Source: a virus
Lineage: Duplodnaviria; Caudoviricetes
Length of the DNA stretch: 46,460 bases
Direction: 5' to 3' (one strand)
IMG/VR virus record: IMGVR_UViG_3300048574_000518
Span: 1 to 46,460 of that record
This document shows positions 17,096-26,848 of the stretch, piece by piece. Position 1 is the stretch's first letter; the number at the start of each line of letters is the position of its first letter. The translations under genes and the position numbers were made by a program. A model generated the notes under the pieces. The model was given only the letters and a program-made list of their open reading frames with translations. It was not told the origin of the DNA and did no database searches.

Positions 17096-18104
17096 TTACA
17101 ATCCGTTTGAGGCATCTCCTCGTGCGCTTGGGTACTATCAGGCGCAAGGGGAACGGCTACAGCGGGTCGGTGATGCGTTGGCGAAGACGTGGCCAGCGCG
17201 GCTCGCCAAGTCGGCTTATGACGCCGTGACGCTGCCAGGTGACGTGTATGCTGGGAGGACGACTCCCAACGACAAAGATTACTACAACCGGGCCACGGAC
17301 CTTGCCGGGCTGGTGATGGGCGGGAGCTACGCCGCACCTGCGGTGAAAGGCGGCGCCGGCATGGGTATCCGCGCTTATCACGGCTCGCCGCACGACTTCG
17401 ACCGCTTTGATATGAGCAAGATCGGGACGGGCGAGGGGGCGCAAGCGTATGGGCATGGGCTGTATTTTGCGGAGAAGGAAGGTGTCGCGAAATCTTATCG
17501 GGACACACTCTCACGCTCTGACGGCGGGATAAGCGGGATTGCCCAGACATTGGTTGATAGAGCCGGCGGGGATTGGGGGGAGGCGCTTGCTAAGTTTGAA
17601 GCTGACGTCAACAAGACGAAAGAACTCGCTGCGAAAAGCGGGCTAAAATACGCAGTCCCTGCGTATGACCAGCAGATTTTGGACGAATTACGTCGCGGCA
17701 AGCCCGGCCGTATGTACGAAGTAGACATCAAGGCCAACCCCGACCAGTTCCTGGATTGGGATAGGCCGCTCAACCAGCAACCCAATGTGGAAGCAGTCAA
17801 GGCGGCCGTTGGCGACCTTTGGCCAGATTTGCAGAACGCTAACGTGCGTAATATTTTCGACGTCGCGCCCGACAAGATGACCGCGACGAAGTCGCTTCGC
17901 GATGCCGGCATCCCCGGCATCAAGTACCTAGACGCAGGGTCCCGCGCCGCCGGTGACGGATCGCGCAACTACGTCGTGTTCGACGACAGTCTGATCGAAA
18001 TACTCCGCAAGTACGGGATAGCCGGAATCTCAATGCTGCCGCCGGCCGTCGCGGCTGGCCTTTCAGTGCGGCCAGTCAACCACGACCCTTGGGCAACTCA
18101 GTAA
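17073..18104 (+). CDS. ADP-ribosyltransferase-like (ART-PolyVal-type) protein
   Basis: AYHGSPHDFDRFD...GHGLYFAE...LRDAGIPGIKY...NYVVFD. Confidence 0.7.
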   Translation: MPSVRPVDYNPFEASPRALGYYQAQGERLQRVGDALAKTWPARLAKSAYDAVTLPGDVYAGRTTPNDKDYYNRATDLAGLVMGGSYAAPAVKGGAGMGIRAYHGSPHDFDRFDMSKIGTGEGAQAYGHGLYFAEKEGVAKSYRDTLSRSDGGISGIAQTLVDRAGGDWGEALAKFEADVNKTKELAAKSGLKYAVPAYDQQILDELRRGKPGRMYEVDIKANPDQFLDWDRPLNQQPNVEAVKAAVGDLWPDLQNANVRNIFDVAPDKMTATKSLRDAGIPGIKYLDAGSRAAGDGSRNYVVFDDSLIEILRKYGIAGISMLPPAVAAGLSVRPVNHDPWATQ

Positions 18105-18346
18105 TGGACAAGGACGAATTCCAGGCATGGAAGGACAGCCCGGCGACGCGCTGGGCGCTGTCGCGCCTCCAGGAGGCGGCGCAGCGGGTGGAGCAGGGCT
18201 TGAAGGACAGGCTCTACCTGTCGACGGGCCTGCCCCCGGAGCAATGGGCAAGCCTGCAAGCGCAGGCGGCCTATGATCGCGGCTATGTGGCGGCGATCGG
18301 CGAGCTAGTAGACCTGAAAGCAGAGGACGTTGGCATTGAGCAATAG
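18104..18346 (+). CDS. Hypothetical head-module protein
   Basis: MDKDEFQAWKDSPATRW; TAATG coupling. Confidence 0.7.
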   Translation: MDKDEFQAWKDSPATRWALSRLQEAAQRVEQGLKDRLYLSTGLPPEQWASLQAQAAYDRGYVAAIGELVDLKAEDVGIEQ

Positions 18347-18665
18347 CAGTGGAATCCAGCCTACGGAGTACAAAGTCCTGATCGACCCCAAGCCGGTCGA
18401 GGAGAAGTCAAGGGGCGGGATCATCATTCCAGACATGACGAAGGAAAGCGAGAAGTACGCGCAGATCGAGGGCCGCATTGTCGCGGTGTCGCATCTCGCG
18501 TTCACCTACGCAACGCCGGACGAGTGGGTTGACAAGAAGCCCAAGCCGGGCGATGCGGTGCTGTACGCCAAGTATGCCGGCGTGCGAGTGAAGGGCAAGG
18601 ACGGCAAGGAGTACGTCCTGGTAAATGACAAGGATATTGCGGCGCTGATCGAGGAGAGCGCATGA
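18330..18665 (+). CDS. groES: Co-chaperonin GroES
   Basis: IQPTEYKVLI...EEKSRGGIIIP...GDAVLYAKYAG...EYVLVNDKDIAA. Confidence 0.9.
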   Translation: MALSNSSGIQPTEYKVLIDPKPVEEKSRGGIIIPDMTKESEKYAQIEGRIVAVSHLAFTYATPDEWVDKKPKPGDAVLYAKYAGVRVKGKDGKEYVLVNDKDIAALIEESA

Positions 18666-19528
18666 GCGAGCAAGAAGCGGCGGTAGCCGAACAGGAAGTG
18701 TCTCCCGCACCCGCCCCGGAGGCGGGTTTGTCGTCTCAGGAGCAGCCAAAAGCCCCCGACCGCGACTATGAGGCCGAAGCCCTCGTCATGGGCTGGGTGC
18801 CCAAGGAGCAGTACAAGGGCGATGCGGACAAATGGAAGCCGGCGCAGCAGTTTGTCGAGGACGGCGAGCGCATTCTTCCGATTGTTCGCAGCCAGCTCAA
18901 GCGCACACGCGAGGAGTTGGCGGCAAAAGAGGCTGAGTTCCAGAAGCGCTTGGAGCGCATGGAGCGCATGGCCTCGGAGAACATGAAGCGCGCCAAGGAG
19001 CAGCATACGCAGGAGCTTGAGCGCATCAAGCGCGAGCAGCGCGCTGCGGCAGAAGTAGGCGATACCGAGAAGTACGACGCGCTCGACAAGCAACGCGAAC
19101 AGCTTGCGCAGACCAAATTCGAGGATGTCGAGGAGGTCAAGGGCAAGCAAGCGCCTTCCGCTGGATATGACGAAGCGGTGAACGCGTTCCGGTCGGCCAA
19201 CAAGTGGTATGGCACCGACGACGATCTAACGACCTTTGCGGAGGGCTACAGTCAGGCGCTCGCAAAGCGCAACCCGTCGATCACGCTGGAGGAAAACCTT
19301 CGCCTGACCGCTGAGCGTGTCAAGGTGGTTTTCCCGCAGAAATTCCAGTCGGCTCCGAAGGAAAGTGGTCACGCCGCTGTTGACGGCGGCGGCGCGTTTG
19401 CTGGAGCGCGACCGCAGAAAGGCCCCGCCGACAAGTTGCCTGCGGAAGCCAAGCGGCAGGCGGAAGCGGATGTGAAAGCCGGTCTCTACAAGAACGTGGA
19501 CGACTGGGCGCGCGTGTATTTCGGATAA
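18662..19528 (+). CDS. Capsid scaffolding protein
   Basis: Acidic/Pro N-terminus, long coiled coil, position before capsid genes. Confidence 0.7.
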   Translation: MSEQEAAVAEQEVSPAPAPEAGLSSQEQPKAPDRDYEAEALVMGWVPKEQYKGDADKWKPAQQFVEDGERILPIVRSQLKRTREELAAKEAEFQKRLERMERMASENMKRAKEQHTQELERIKREQRAAAEVGDTEKYDALDKQREQLAQTKFEDVEEVKGKQAPSAGYDEAVNAFRSANKWYGTDDDLTTFAEGYSQALAKRNPSITLEENLRLTAERVKVVFPQKFQSAPKESGHAAVDGGGAFAGARPQKGPADKLPAEAKRQAEADVKAGLYKNVDDWARVYFG

Positions 19529-19539
19529 GGAAGCGAGAA

Positions 19540-20016
19540 ATGAACCAGCCTATTCAGCAAGCGAGCAACCAGCCCAACCGCAGGGCAGAGGAAGTCAGGC
19601 AGGAACGACGCCGCAAGCCGGGGTCGGTCGTCGCCGCGGGCATCAAGCTCGCCGTGGACGAAAGCAAGTTGGACCGAGCGAATTTCGAATATCGCTGGGC
19701 CAAGGATTTCGGCGGTCGCACCAGTCAGCTCCACGCGGAAGACTGGGACCCGGCCCCCGAACAAGCAGCCCTCAACGCGACCGGGCCGGGCACCGTGAAC
19801 AGCACGCACGGCGGCGTGGACGAGCACGGCAAGCCTTACAACATGGTCCTGCTGCGCAAGCGCAAGGACTGGTATCGCGCGGATCAGAGGGAAAAGCGCA
19901 AGCCGCTTGACGAGATGGACGCCGCAATCAGGCGCGGCACGAACCATCAGTCAGAGACCGGGCAGGACGCAGGCGCGTTCTACACCCCCGGCGGCGGCAA
20001 CAAAATCGAGCGTTGA
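19540..20016 (+). CDS. Hypothetical head-module protein
   Basis: FEYRWAKD...MVLLRKRKDWY. Confidence 0.7.
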   Translation: MNQPIQQASNQPNRRAEEVRQERRRKPGSVVAAGIKLAVDESKLDRANFEYRWAKDFGGRTSQLHAEDWDPAPEQAALNATGPGTVNSTHGGVDEHGKPYNMVLLRKRKDWYRADQREKRKPLDEMDAAIRRGTNHQSETGQDAGAFYTPGGGNKIER

Positions 20017-20069
20017 CCTTGACGGCTTCGCCGTGAGGGAAGCGCACCACACCATCAGGAGTTCCCATC

Positions 20070-20723
20070 ATGGCGAACGTTGATACGCCGTTCGGGCTTC
20101 GTCCCGTGCGGTACAAGAGCGGCGCGCCCTATAACGGCGCGGTCAATCCCTACTACATCCAGTCCGACTACGCGACGGCTTTGTACATCGGCGACCCGGT
20201 TGTGAAGACCGGCACGTCGAACACGGCTGTCGTCAAGGTGCCGGGCGCTGGCGCTTTCGCCGTCGGTACTCTGCCGTCGATCAACAAGACGGCGGCCGGC
20301 GACGTGGACGGCGCGACGAAGATGATCACGGGCGTGATTGTCGGTTTCTCGCCGCTCGCGACCGATCTGAGCAAGAAGTACAACCCGGCGAGCACCGAGC
20401 GCGTCGCATGGGTTGCCGATGACCCCGACCTGGAATTCGAAATCCAGGCTGACGGCGCCGTTCCCGCGGCGTCCATGGGTCTGAATGCGGTTCTGATCTA
20501 CACGCATTCCGGCTCCACCACGACCGGCCTTTCCGGTGCTGAACTGGATACGACTTCGGACGTCCCGGCGGCCGATGCTTCGAACCAGCTCACCATCCTG
20601 CGGGCTGTCAATCGCGAGGACAACGACACCACGCTTACGCACGCGAAGGTCATTGTCCGCATCAACTGCCACACCGAAGGCACGGGCATGACCGCTGCCG
20701 GCGATGGCACTCTGGGCATCTAA
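20070..20723 (+). CDS. Capsid decoration/cement protein
   Basis: MANVDTPFGLRPV...VADDPDLEFEIQAD; precedes the major capsid gene. Confidence 0.65.
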   Translation: MANVDTPFGLRPVRYKSGAPYNGAVNPYYIQSDYATALYIGDPVVKTGTSNTAVVKVPGAGAFAVGTLPSINKTAAGDVDGATKMITGVIVGFSPLATDLSKKYNPASTERVAWVADDPDLEFEIQADGAVPAASMGLNAVLIYTHSGSTTTGLSGAELDTTSDVPAADASNQLTILRAVNREDNDTTLTHAKVIVRINCHTEGTGMTAAGDGTLGI

Positions 20724-20735
20724 GGAGCAACCGCG

Positions 20736-21641
20736 ATGTCTGTCATTACTTCTGGCAATCATCCCAAGCTCCTTTGGCCTGGGCTCAACGCTCTGTTTGG
20801 CAAGTACAAGGATTTTCCCTACGAGCACACGCAGGTGTTCGATGTCAACACCTCCGACAAGTCCTACGAGGAGGACCAGGAGCTTCCCGGCTTTGGTCTT
20901 GCTCCGGTGAAGGCGGAAGGCGCTGGCGTGTCCTACGATACGCACGCGCAGGGCTACACGTCGCGTTACACCAACGTGACCTACGGCCTCGGCTTCATCG
21001 AGACCATCGAGGCTGTCGAGGACAACAAGTACAAGGACCGCGCGCAGAAGCGTACCACCATGCTCGCGCGTTCCATGCGTGTCACCAAAGAGACGGTGAT
21101 GGCGAATATCATCAACCGGGCTTTCGACTCCACCTATCTCGGAGGCGATGGCAAGGAATTGATCGCCACCGATCACCCGACCCTCAACGGCACGCAGTCG
21201 AATGAGCTGACCGTTGCCGCCGACCTGTCGGAAGCGTCCATGGAGGACTTGTTCATCCAGATCATGAACGCGACCGACTCGCGCGGGCTGCGCATCCGCC
21301 TGATGCCGCAGAAGCTCATTGTCCCGCCGAACCTCGCTTTCGAGGCGGAACGCATCGTCAAGTCGAACCTGCAGAACGACACGGCCAACAATGCCATCAA
21401 CGCCATCCGCAGCATGGGCATGCTCCCCGGCGGCGTCATGGTCTGGCATTACCTGACCGATGTCGATGCTTGGTTCATCAAGACCGATGCGCCCGACTCC
21501 TTGAAGCTGTTCAATCGTCGTGAATTGTCTTTCCAGAAGGACAGCGATTTCGACACGGACAACTTCAAGCACAAGGCGACCGAGCGGTATGCCGGCGGCT
21601 GGTCTGACTGGCGCGGCATTTTCGGCAGCGCTGGGGCGTAA
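20736..21641 (+). CDS. Major capsid protein (HK97 fold)
   Basis: GFGLAPVKAEG...PQKLIVPPNL...YLTDVDAWFI...ERYAGGWSDWRGIFGS. Confidence 0.9.
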   Translation: MSVITSGNHPKLLWPGLNALFGKYKDFPYEHTQVFDVNTSDKSYEEDQELPGFGLAPVKAEGAGVSYDTHAQGYTSRYTNVTYGLGFIETIEAVEDNKYKDRAQKRTTMLARSMRVTKETVMANIINRAFDSTYLGGDGKELIATDHPTLNGTQSNELTVAADLSEASMEDLFIQIMNATDSRGLRIRLMPQKLIVPPNLAFEAERIVKSNLQNDTANNAINAIRSMGMLPGGVMVWHYLTDVDAWFIKTDAPDSLKLFNRRELSFQKDSDFDTDNFKHKATERYAGGWSDWRGIFGSAGA

Positions 21642-21648
21642 TGAGTAT

Positions 21649-21672
21649 GGCGGGGCTTCGGCCCCGCCTTTT
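21649..21672 (+). terminator. Intrinsic terminator after capsid gene
   Basis: GGCGGGGC-TTCG-GCCCCGCC-TTTT. Confidence 0.85.
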
Positions 21673-21750
21673 CCCCTCACAATTCGATCTGGCGCGCGGT
21701 GGGGTTAGCACCCTGGTCGCTCCGCTGCCGTGCGCACATAGGAGACTACA

Positions 21751-22776
21751 ATGGGCTTCACCAACTTCGCCAATGGCGTTGCGTCTTTCGGCATGCCTGT
21801 CTTCGGTGGACAGTTCACTATTCCCATCATGGGTAAGACCGGAAAGGCGTTTTTCGTCGACCCTGCCAATGGATCGGATGGCAACAATGGCACTTCGCTC
21901 CGGTCGCCGCTCGCCAGCGTTACGAAGGCATACAGCCTCACCACAGACAAGGCTGGCGATGTCATTTATTTGATGAACGACGGAAACCCGTCTGGAACGT
22001 CGCGTGACGCTGCTACACTCGCATGGGCGAAGGACAATACTCACCTGATCGGCCTTTGCGCTCCATCACTGGTTTCTCAGAGGGCGCGCATTTCCCCGCC
22101 TACCACGGCTACGGCGATTGTCACCCCGGTGCTCAAGGTCACAGGTCACGGGAACATCTTCGCAAACTTGTCTCTGTTCGAAGGCACGAGCGAGGACAGC
22201 GTTGCGTCTGTTGGCATCGAGATCGAGACCGGCACGCGCAACTACTTCTGGAACGTCGCCATCATGAACATGGGCGACGCTACGAACGGCCATTCCGGTG
22301 ACGAAGCGAACTCGGCGCACCTCCTGCTTGACGGTGCCTCGGAGAACACTTTCGATAACTGTTACATCGGCATGGATACGGCGACGCGGACGGCGGCAAA
22401 CGCAAGTGTTCGTTTCCGCAAGAACGGCTCGAATACGTCGGCGCGCAACGTGTTCCGCAATTGCGTGTTCCCGATGATGGCTGACGCCGATGCCCCGCTG
22501 TTCATCGATGCGAACGAGTCCGGCTGCGTAGATCGGTGGAACCTGTTCGACCACTGCATCTTTACGAATGCGGTCGGGTCGACTTCGACGGCGCAAACTG
22601 CCGCGTCGGTCATTCACGCCTCTGCCGGCGGCCTGTTCCTGATGAAGGATTGCATGCTCGTCGGCGCCGCCGACTGGCACGCGAGCGATACCGCAAACAT
22701 GAAGCTGGTCGGACATGCGTGGTCGACCGACGACGTGACGATCGGCATTGCCGCCGATGTCGACGTGACGGCGTAA
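21751..22776 (+). CDS. Beta-helix virion protein (head fibre-like)
   Basis: FFVDPANGSDGNNG...GDVIYL; repeated N-x-F-x-N-C turns. Confidence 0.65.
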   Translation: MGFTNFANGVASFGMPVFGGQFTIPIMGKTGKAFFVDPANGSDGNNGTSLRSPLASVTKAYSLTTDKAGDVIYLMNDGNPSGTSRDAATLAWAKDNTHLIGLCAPSLVSQRARISPPTTATAIVTPVLKVTGHGNIFANLSLFEGTSEDSVASVGIEIETGTRNYFWNVAIMNMGDATNGHSGDEANSAHLLLDGASENTFDNCYIGMDTATRTAANASVRFRKNGSNTSARNVFRNCVFPMMADADAPLFIDANESGCVDRWNLFDHCIFTNAVGSTSTAQTAASVIHASAGGLFLMKDCMLVGAADWHASDTANMKLVGHAWSTDDVTIGIAADVDVTA

Positions 22777-22834
22777 GATGTCTAGTTGGTCATGACGGGG
22801 GCTGAGGCCCCCGTCCCCATTAAGGAGTGATAGA

Positions 22835-23302
22835 ATGACCGCCCCGACAGATGTTGTCGACGTCACGCTTTCTCTTGACACAAGCCAATATGCAAGCGGT
22901 GACCTTATTGCGGATACTCAAGTCGTCAGAAATGCCCTAAACCACGGGCAAAAGTCAGGCGTCTTGCATTCAATCACAGTAATCGACAAGGACGATCAGG
23001 GTGCCGCTTTCTACGTATATGTTTTGAATGCGAATGTTACGTTCGGTACTGAAAATAACGCTCCATCTATATCTGACGCAGACGCAGCGAACATTATGGG
23101 GTATGTCTCTGTCGGTACTGGTGATTATCAAGATCTTGGCGGTGCTAAAGTGGCGTATGTGGGAAGCCTTGGTATCCCAATTAAAGCCATAGATGACTCA
23201 CGAGATATTGCAATCTCTGTGGTTAACGGAACCGGAACCCCAACATATTCAGCAAGCGGTGTTATATTGCGTCTAGGAATTCTAAGGGACTACGAGAATT
23301 GA
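22835..23302 (+). CDS. Hypothetical virion protein (AT-richer DNA)
   Basis: AAGGAG RBS; beta-rich; visibly lower GC than its neighbours. Confidence 0.7.
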   Translation: MTAPTDVVDVTLSLDTSQYASGDLIADTQVVRNALNHGQKSGVLHSITVIDKDDQGAAFYVYVLNANVTFGTENNAPSISDADAANIMGYVSVGTGDYQDLGGAKVAYVGSLGIPIKAIDDSRDIAISVVNGTGTPTYSASGVILRLGILRDYEN

Positions 23303-23333
23303 TCTATATAGCCCCATTAGCGCGGGAGCCGGT

Positions 23334-24521
23334 GTGATGCTGGCGCGGCAGTTGCTGATCATGGGCGGGCGGCTTGATCCATTCGCCGCCGCGAAGGCCG
23401 CTTTCCGATCGCAAATACTGACGCGCGGTGGTTCGATGCCGGCCACCATGGCCACATCGCCGACGATCACGGAGAGCCCGTCGAATGTCGCTACTTTAAC
23501 CGGGACGGTGATCAGCAAAGATGATTCACGGCTGCATTACGTCGGCGGCGACAAAGAGCTGTACGCCGCGAGCTACCCGGGCAATCTGTTCAATGTTGTA
23601 CGGAACAGCACGACGAACAGTTCGGGCGGGCGAGGCGGCCGTTGCGCCACTGTCGTGTTCCGTTGTCGTCGTCCACAATTCGAGATAGGTGTCTATCGTC
23701 AAGGAATTGCAAGCGCTTTCCGCGTCTACGTGAATGGAGAGGTGAGCGCGAATGTCTATGGCTCGGCTTCGATCGATGGCGCAGCGCGGTATGTCAAGAT
23801 TGACTTTTCGGCCATATCACCTGATCCGGTCTGGAGGGATATCAGAATAGAATTTGCTGGCATCGGCACTGTGAGGTCGATAGTCCTGGACACGTCGGAT
23901 GACGAGGCATTAGCGCCGGACGAAAGCATCGACCTCGCGGGCTGTTTTCTCGGTGACAGCCTCGTCGAGGGGCAAGCCGTCGGAAACGGAACATCGGCGG
24001 GATTTCCTGCAATAACTTCGATGCTCGATACTGCCATGGGATTTGCTCCTATGACGGCCAAGCGCCTCGGGTTTCGCAAGATTCGAATCTCTGGCATCGG
24101 AAGTACAGGCTACGCAGCCGACGGCAGCTATCAGTCTCTCATTGATCGTTTTGCAGCTGACGCAATTGCGCCAGCGGCTGATGTCTATTTCATCGCGATG
24201 GGGCTCAACGACAGCCCAGGCGTTCAGGCGACAGTCGCGTCTTGCCTTGACCAGCTCAGGGCCGCGCGGCCGAACGCGCTCGTTTACGGAACCAATCGCT
24301 GGAATCCGAATGCACCCACGCTGCGATCAGGTGACGCCGCAACAGTCGCAGCGGAGATCGCCGCCGCGTGGGCTGGTCGGCCGGGAATGTGGTTATTTGA
24401 TCCTGATTCTGTCACGTACACGCAATCGGGACCGCCTCATCCTGATCTTGCTGGGCATGCGACGATACGCGACTGGTTGTCGCCGTCGGTTGCGGCGACC
24501 GTCGGCGTCACGCTTACGTAA
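23334..24521 (+). CDS. SGNH/GDSL hydrolase
   Basis: FLGDSL, GIGSTGY, MGLND, HPDLAGH blocks. Confidence 0.85.
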   Translation: MMLARQLLIMGGRLDPFAAAKAAFRSQILTRGGSMPATMATSPTITESPSNVATLTGTVISKDDSRLHYVGGDKELYAASYPGNLFNVVRNSTTNSSGGRGGRCATVVFRCRRPQFEIGVYRQGIASAFRVYVNGEVSANVYGSASIDGAARYVKIDFSAISPDPVWRDIRIEFAGIGTVRSIVLDTSDDEALAPDESIDLAGCFLGDSLVEGQAVGNGTSAGFPAITSMLDTAMGFAPMTAKRLGFRKIRISGIGSTGYAADGSYQSLIDRFAADAIAPAADVYFIAMGLNDSPGVQATVASCLDQLRAARPNALVYGTNRWNPNAPTLRSGDAATVAAEIAAAWAGRPGMWLFDPDSVTYTQSGPPHPDLAGHATIRDWLSPSVAATVGVTLT

Positions 24522-24548
24522 CCGCACTAAACACGGAATATTGCAAAA

Positions 24549-24770
24549 ATGGCGTATCGCGTCATCTGCTCGCGCTGCGGCTTCAAGAAGTGGGATTACG
24601 AGACACGGCGCGAGTGGACCGGACTTCGCGTGTGCGATCCATGCTTCGATACGCGCCACCCTCAAGATTATGTCAAAGCCAAACCCGACAGGCAGCGGGT
24701 GCCCGACCCGTGGCCTGAACCTGCTGACGTGTTCTTGACCACAAACCAAGTCACTGCGGACGATCTCTGA
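24549..24770 (+). CDS. Small Cys-rich protein
   Basis: CSRCG...WTGLRVCDPC...RHPQD. Confidence 0.7.
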   Translation: MAYRVICSRCGFKKWDYETRREWTGLRVCDPCFDTRHPQDYVKAKPDRQRVPDPWPEPADVFLTTNQVTADDL

Positions 24771-25492
24771 TGACAGTCGGCAGCACGATCGACTTTTCCT
24801 TGACGGCTGAAGAGTTGGTCAAGGAGGCCCGGGGCGCGCTCGGCATCCAGGCGCACGAGGAGCCGTTACAGGCCCACGAGCTGCAACAGGGCTTGCGCAC
24901 CCTCAACGCCATGGTGAAGGCGTGGCAGGCCGTAGGGACCATGACATGGACCTTGACGGAAGGGTCGTTTGCGCTGGTGCAAGGCGATGTCGATTACGTG
25001 TTCGGCTCAGGCGGCACGGTGACGACCGTTCCTTTCGAGGTCACCGACGCGCGCATTACGAGGGGAGGCACCGACCTTCCCATGTGGCCGTTGAGCCGGG
25101 AGGATTATTTTTCGATCCCGCTCAAGACGACGCAGGGCTACCCGACGCAGTTCTACTACGATCGGCAGCGGGAGAGCGGGACATTCTATGTGTGGCCCGC
25201 CCCGGATGCGACGGGCGGCACGATCAAGTTCACCTATCGCCGGTCCATCTTTGATTTCGACACGTCGTCGGACACCATGGACCTGCCGCAGGAGTGGTAC
25301 GAGGCCGTCGTCTGGAATCTGGCTGATCGGCTCCTGTCCTACTACCCGACGACGGATGCGGTGATTGTGCAACGCGTGATGCAGCGTGCCGCCTCGTCCT
25401 ATGCCGTTGTCAAGTCGTTCGATACCGGCGAGGGGCAGGGGTCGATTTCGATCCTGCCTGGCGGGCATCGCATGGGATCGCAGCGGCGATGA
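24770..25492 (+). CDS. Head-tail adaptor (P22 gp4-like position)
   Basis: GLRTLNAMVKAW...LPQEWYEAVVWNLADRL. Confidence 0.7.
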   Translation: MTVGSTIDFSLTAEELVKEARGALGIQAHEEPLQAHELQQGLRTLNAMVKAWQAVGTMTWTLTEGSFALVQGDVDYVFGSGGTVTTVPFEVTDARITRGGTDLPMWPLSREDYFSIPLKTTQGYPTQFYYDRQRESGTFYVWPAPDATGGTIKFTYRRSIFDFDTSSDTMDLPQEWYEAVVWNLADRLLSYYPTTDAVIVQRVMQRAASSYAVVKSFDTGEGQGSISILPGGHRMGSQRR

Positions 25493-26847
25493 TCGAGGTC
25501 CCGTTCGCGTCCCAGGTCGCAGGCTCGGATTCGCCGGTCAACTCGCAAGAGCTGCTGGTTAATCTGTACCCTGAGATTGAAACATCGAACGGAAAAAAGA
25601 AGCTCCTTCGCATTCAGCGGCCGGGCCTTGCGCAGACTATCGATATTGATGGCGAAGCGCGTGGCATCGCACGGTTTTCCGGCGTCTACTACGCGGTGTT
25701 CGGGACGAAGTTGTACCGGCTCGCATCCGCGTCGGCAACACACATAGGTACACTCTCGTCATCAACCGGGCCTGTCACGTTCGCCAAGAACACAACTCAA
25801 GTCGCGGTCGCAGATGGCGCGAGCATGTATGTATGGGACGGCACGTCAACCACGACGGTTTCGCCGCCGGCCGGTGCTTCGCGTATCGGGACGCTCGGCT
25901 TCCTGAACGGGCGAGGCATCTTTGATAGCGGAGAGGGCAGGTTTTTCGCGACGGCAACAGAGGACTTTACGTCGATTGACGAACTTGATTTCGCCACGGC
26001 GGAAAGCGCGTCAGACGACATCATTCGCCTGTTCGTCGATCACCGTGAAATCTGGCTGTTCGGTCCAGAGTCGATCGAGGTGTGGTATGATCAGGGCGGG
26101 GCAAGCTTCCCATTCGTGAGGCAAACCAATGTGGCGCTTGAGCGCGGGTGCCTCGCCAAAAACTCCGTCGCAGCGAACGACAACTCGATATTCTGGCTTG
26201 GAGACGACAAGGTTGTCTATCGAGCGGAGGCGTATCGGCCGGTCAGGATTTCGACGCACCCTGTCGAGCGGCTGATCAAGGCCGTTCAAACGCCTGAGAA
26301 CGCAGAGGCCAATTTCATCGAGTGGTCCGGCCACAAGTGGTATCACATCCGATTTCCAGGCGAGCTTAGCCTCGTCTATGACGTGGCGACGGGATCATGG
26401 TGGCAGCCCCGTTCATGGGGATCCAATGACTGGACGATAAGGGGTAACCCGAAGGGAGCCGACACCTATGTTGTAGCTCCTGGCGGTGTATTTCAGCTTG
26501 ATGAAGACGCGCTGACCGACGACGGAACGCTGATCGAACGGGTTGCGATCTCGCCGCCCATCCATGCCGATGGCGAGCGGTTTAACATGTACGCGTTGTG
26601 GGTCGATATGGATGTCGGCACGGCTGCGTCTGGTGTTGCTCCGAAAGTCATGCTCGATTGGTCGGACGACGGCCGAACCTGGAGCAACGAGCATTGGCGC
26701 AGCGCCGGCCTGATTGGAGAGTATCAGCGTCGGGTGACGTGGCGCAATCTCGGGCAGTCCAGGTCCAGAACATTCCGGCTGCGTATGACGGACAACGTGC
26801 GTACCAAGATTATCGGAGCGCACGCTAACTTCAAATCGGTGGGTTGA
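25489..26847 (+). CDS. Tail nozzle / packaged-DNA stabilization protein (P22 gp10-like)
   Basis: LDFATAESASD...WLFGPESIEVW...WSDDGRTWSNE...WRNLG. Confidence 0.85.
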   Translation: MIEVPFASQVAGSDSPVNSQELLVNLYPEIETSNGKKKLLRIQRPGLAQTIDIDGEARGIARFSGVYYAVFGTKLYRLASASATHIGTLSSSTGPVTFAKNTTQVAVADGASMYVWDGTSTTTVSPPAGASRIGTLGFLNGRGIFDSGEGRFFATATEDFTSIDELDFATAESASDDIIRLFVDHREIWLFGPESIEVWYDQGGASFPFVRQTNVALERGCLAKNSVAANDNSIFWLGDDKVVYRAEAYRPVRISTHPVERLIKAVQTPENAEANFIEWSGHKWYHIRFPGELSLVYDVATGSWWQPRSWGSNDWTIRGNPKGADTYVVAPGGVFQLDEDALTDDGTLIERVAISPPIHADGERFNMYALWVDMDVGTAASGVAPKVMLDWSDDGRTWSNEHWRSAGLIGEYQRRVTWRNLGQSRSRTFRLRMTDNVRTKIIGAHANFKSVG

Positions 26848-26848
26848 A

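Noticed and set aside
20055-21680. 541-aa minus-strand ORF and other long antisense ORFs over portal and capsid genes
   Set aside because: Expected mirror frames of GC-biased codon usage; no motifs or RBS
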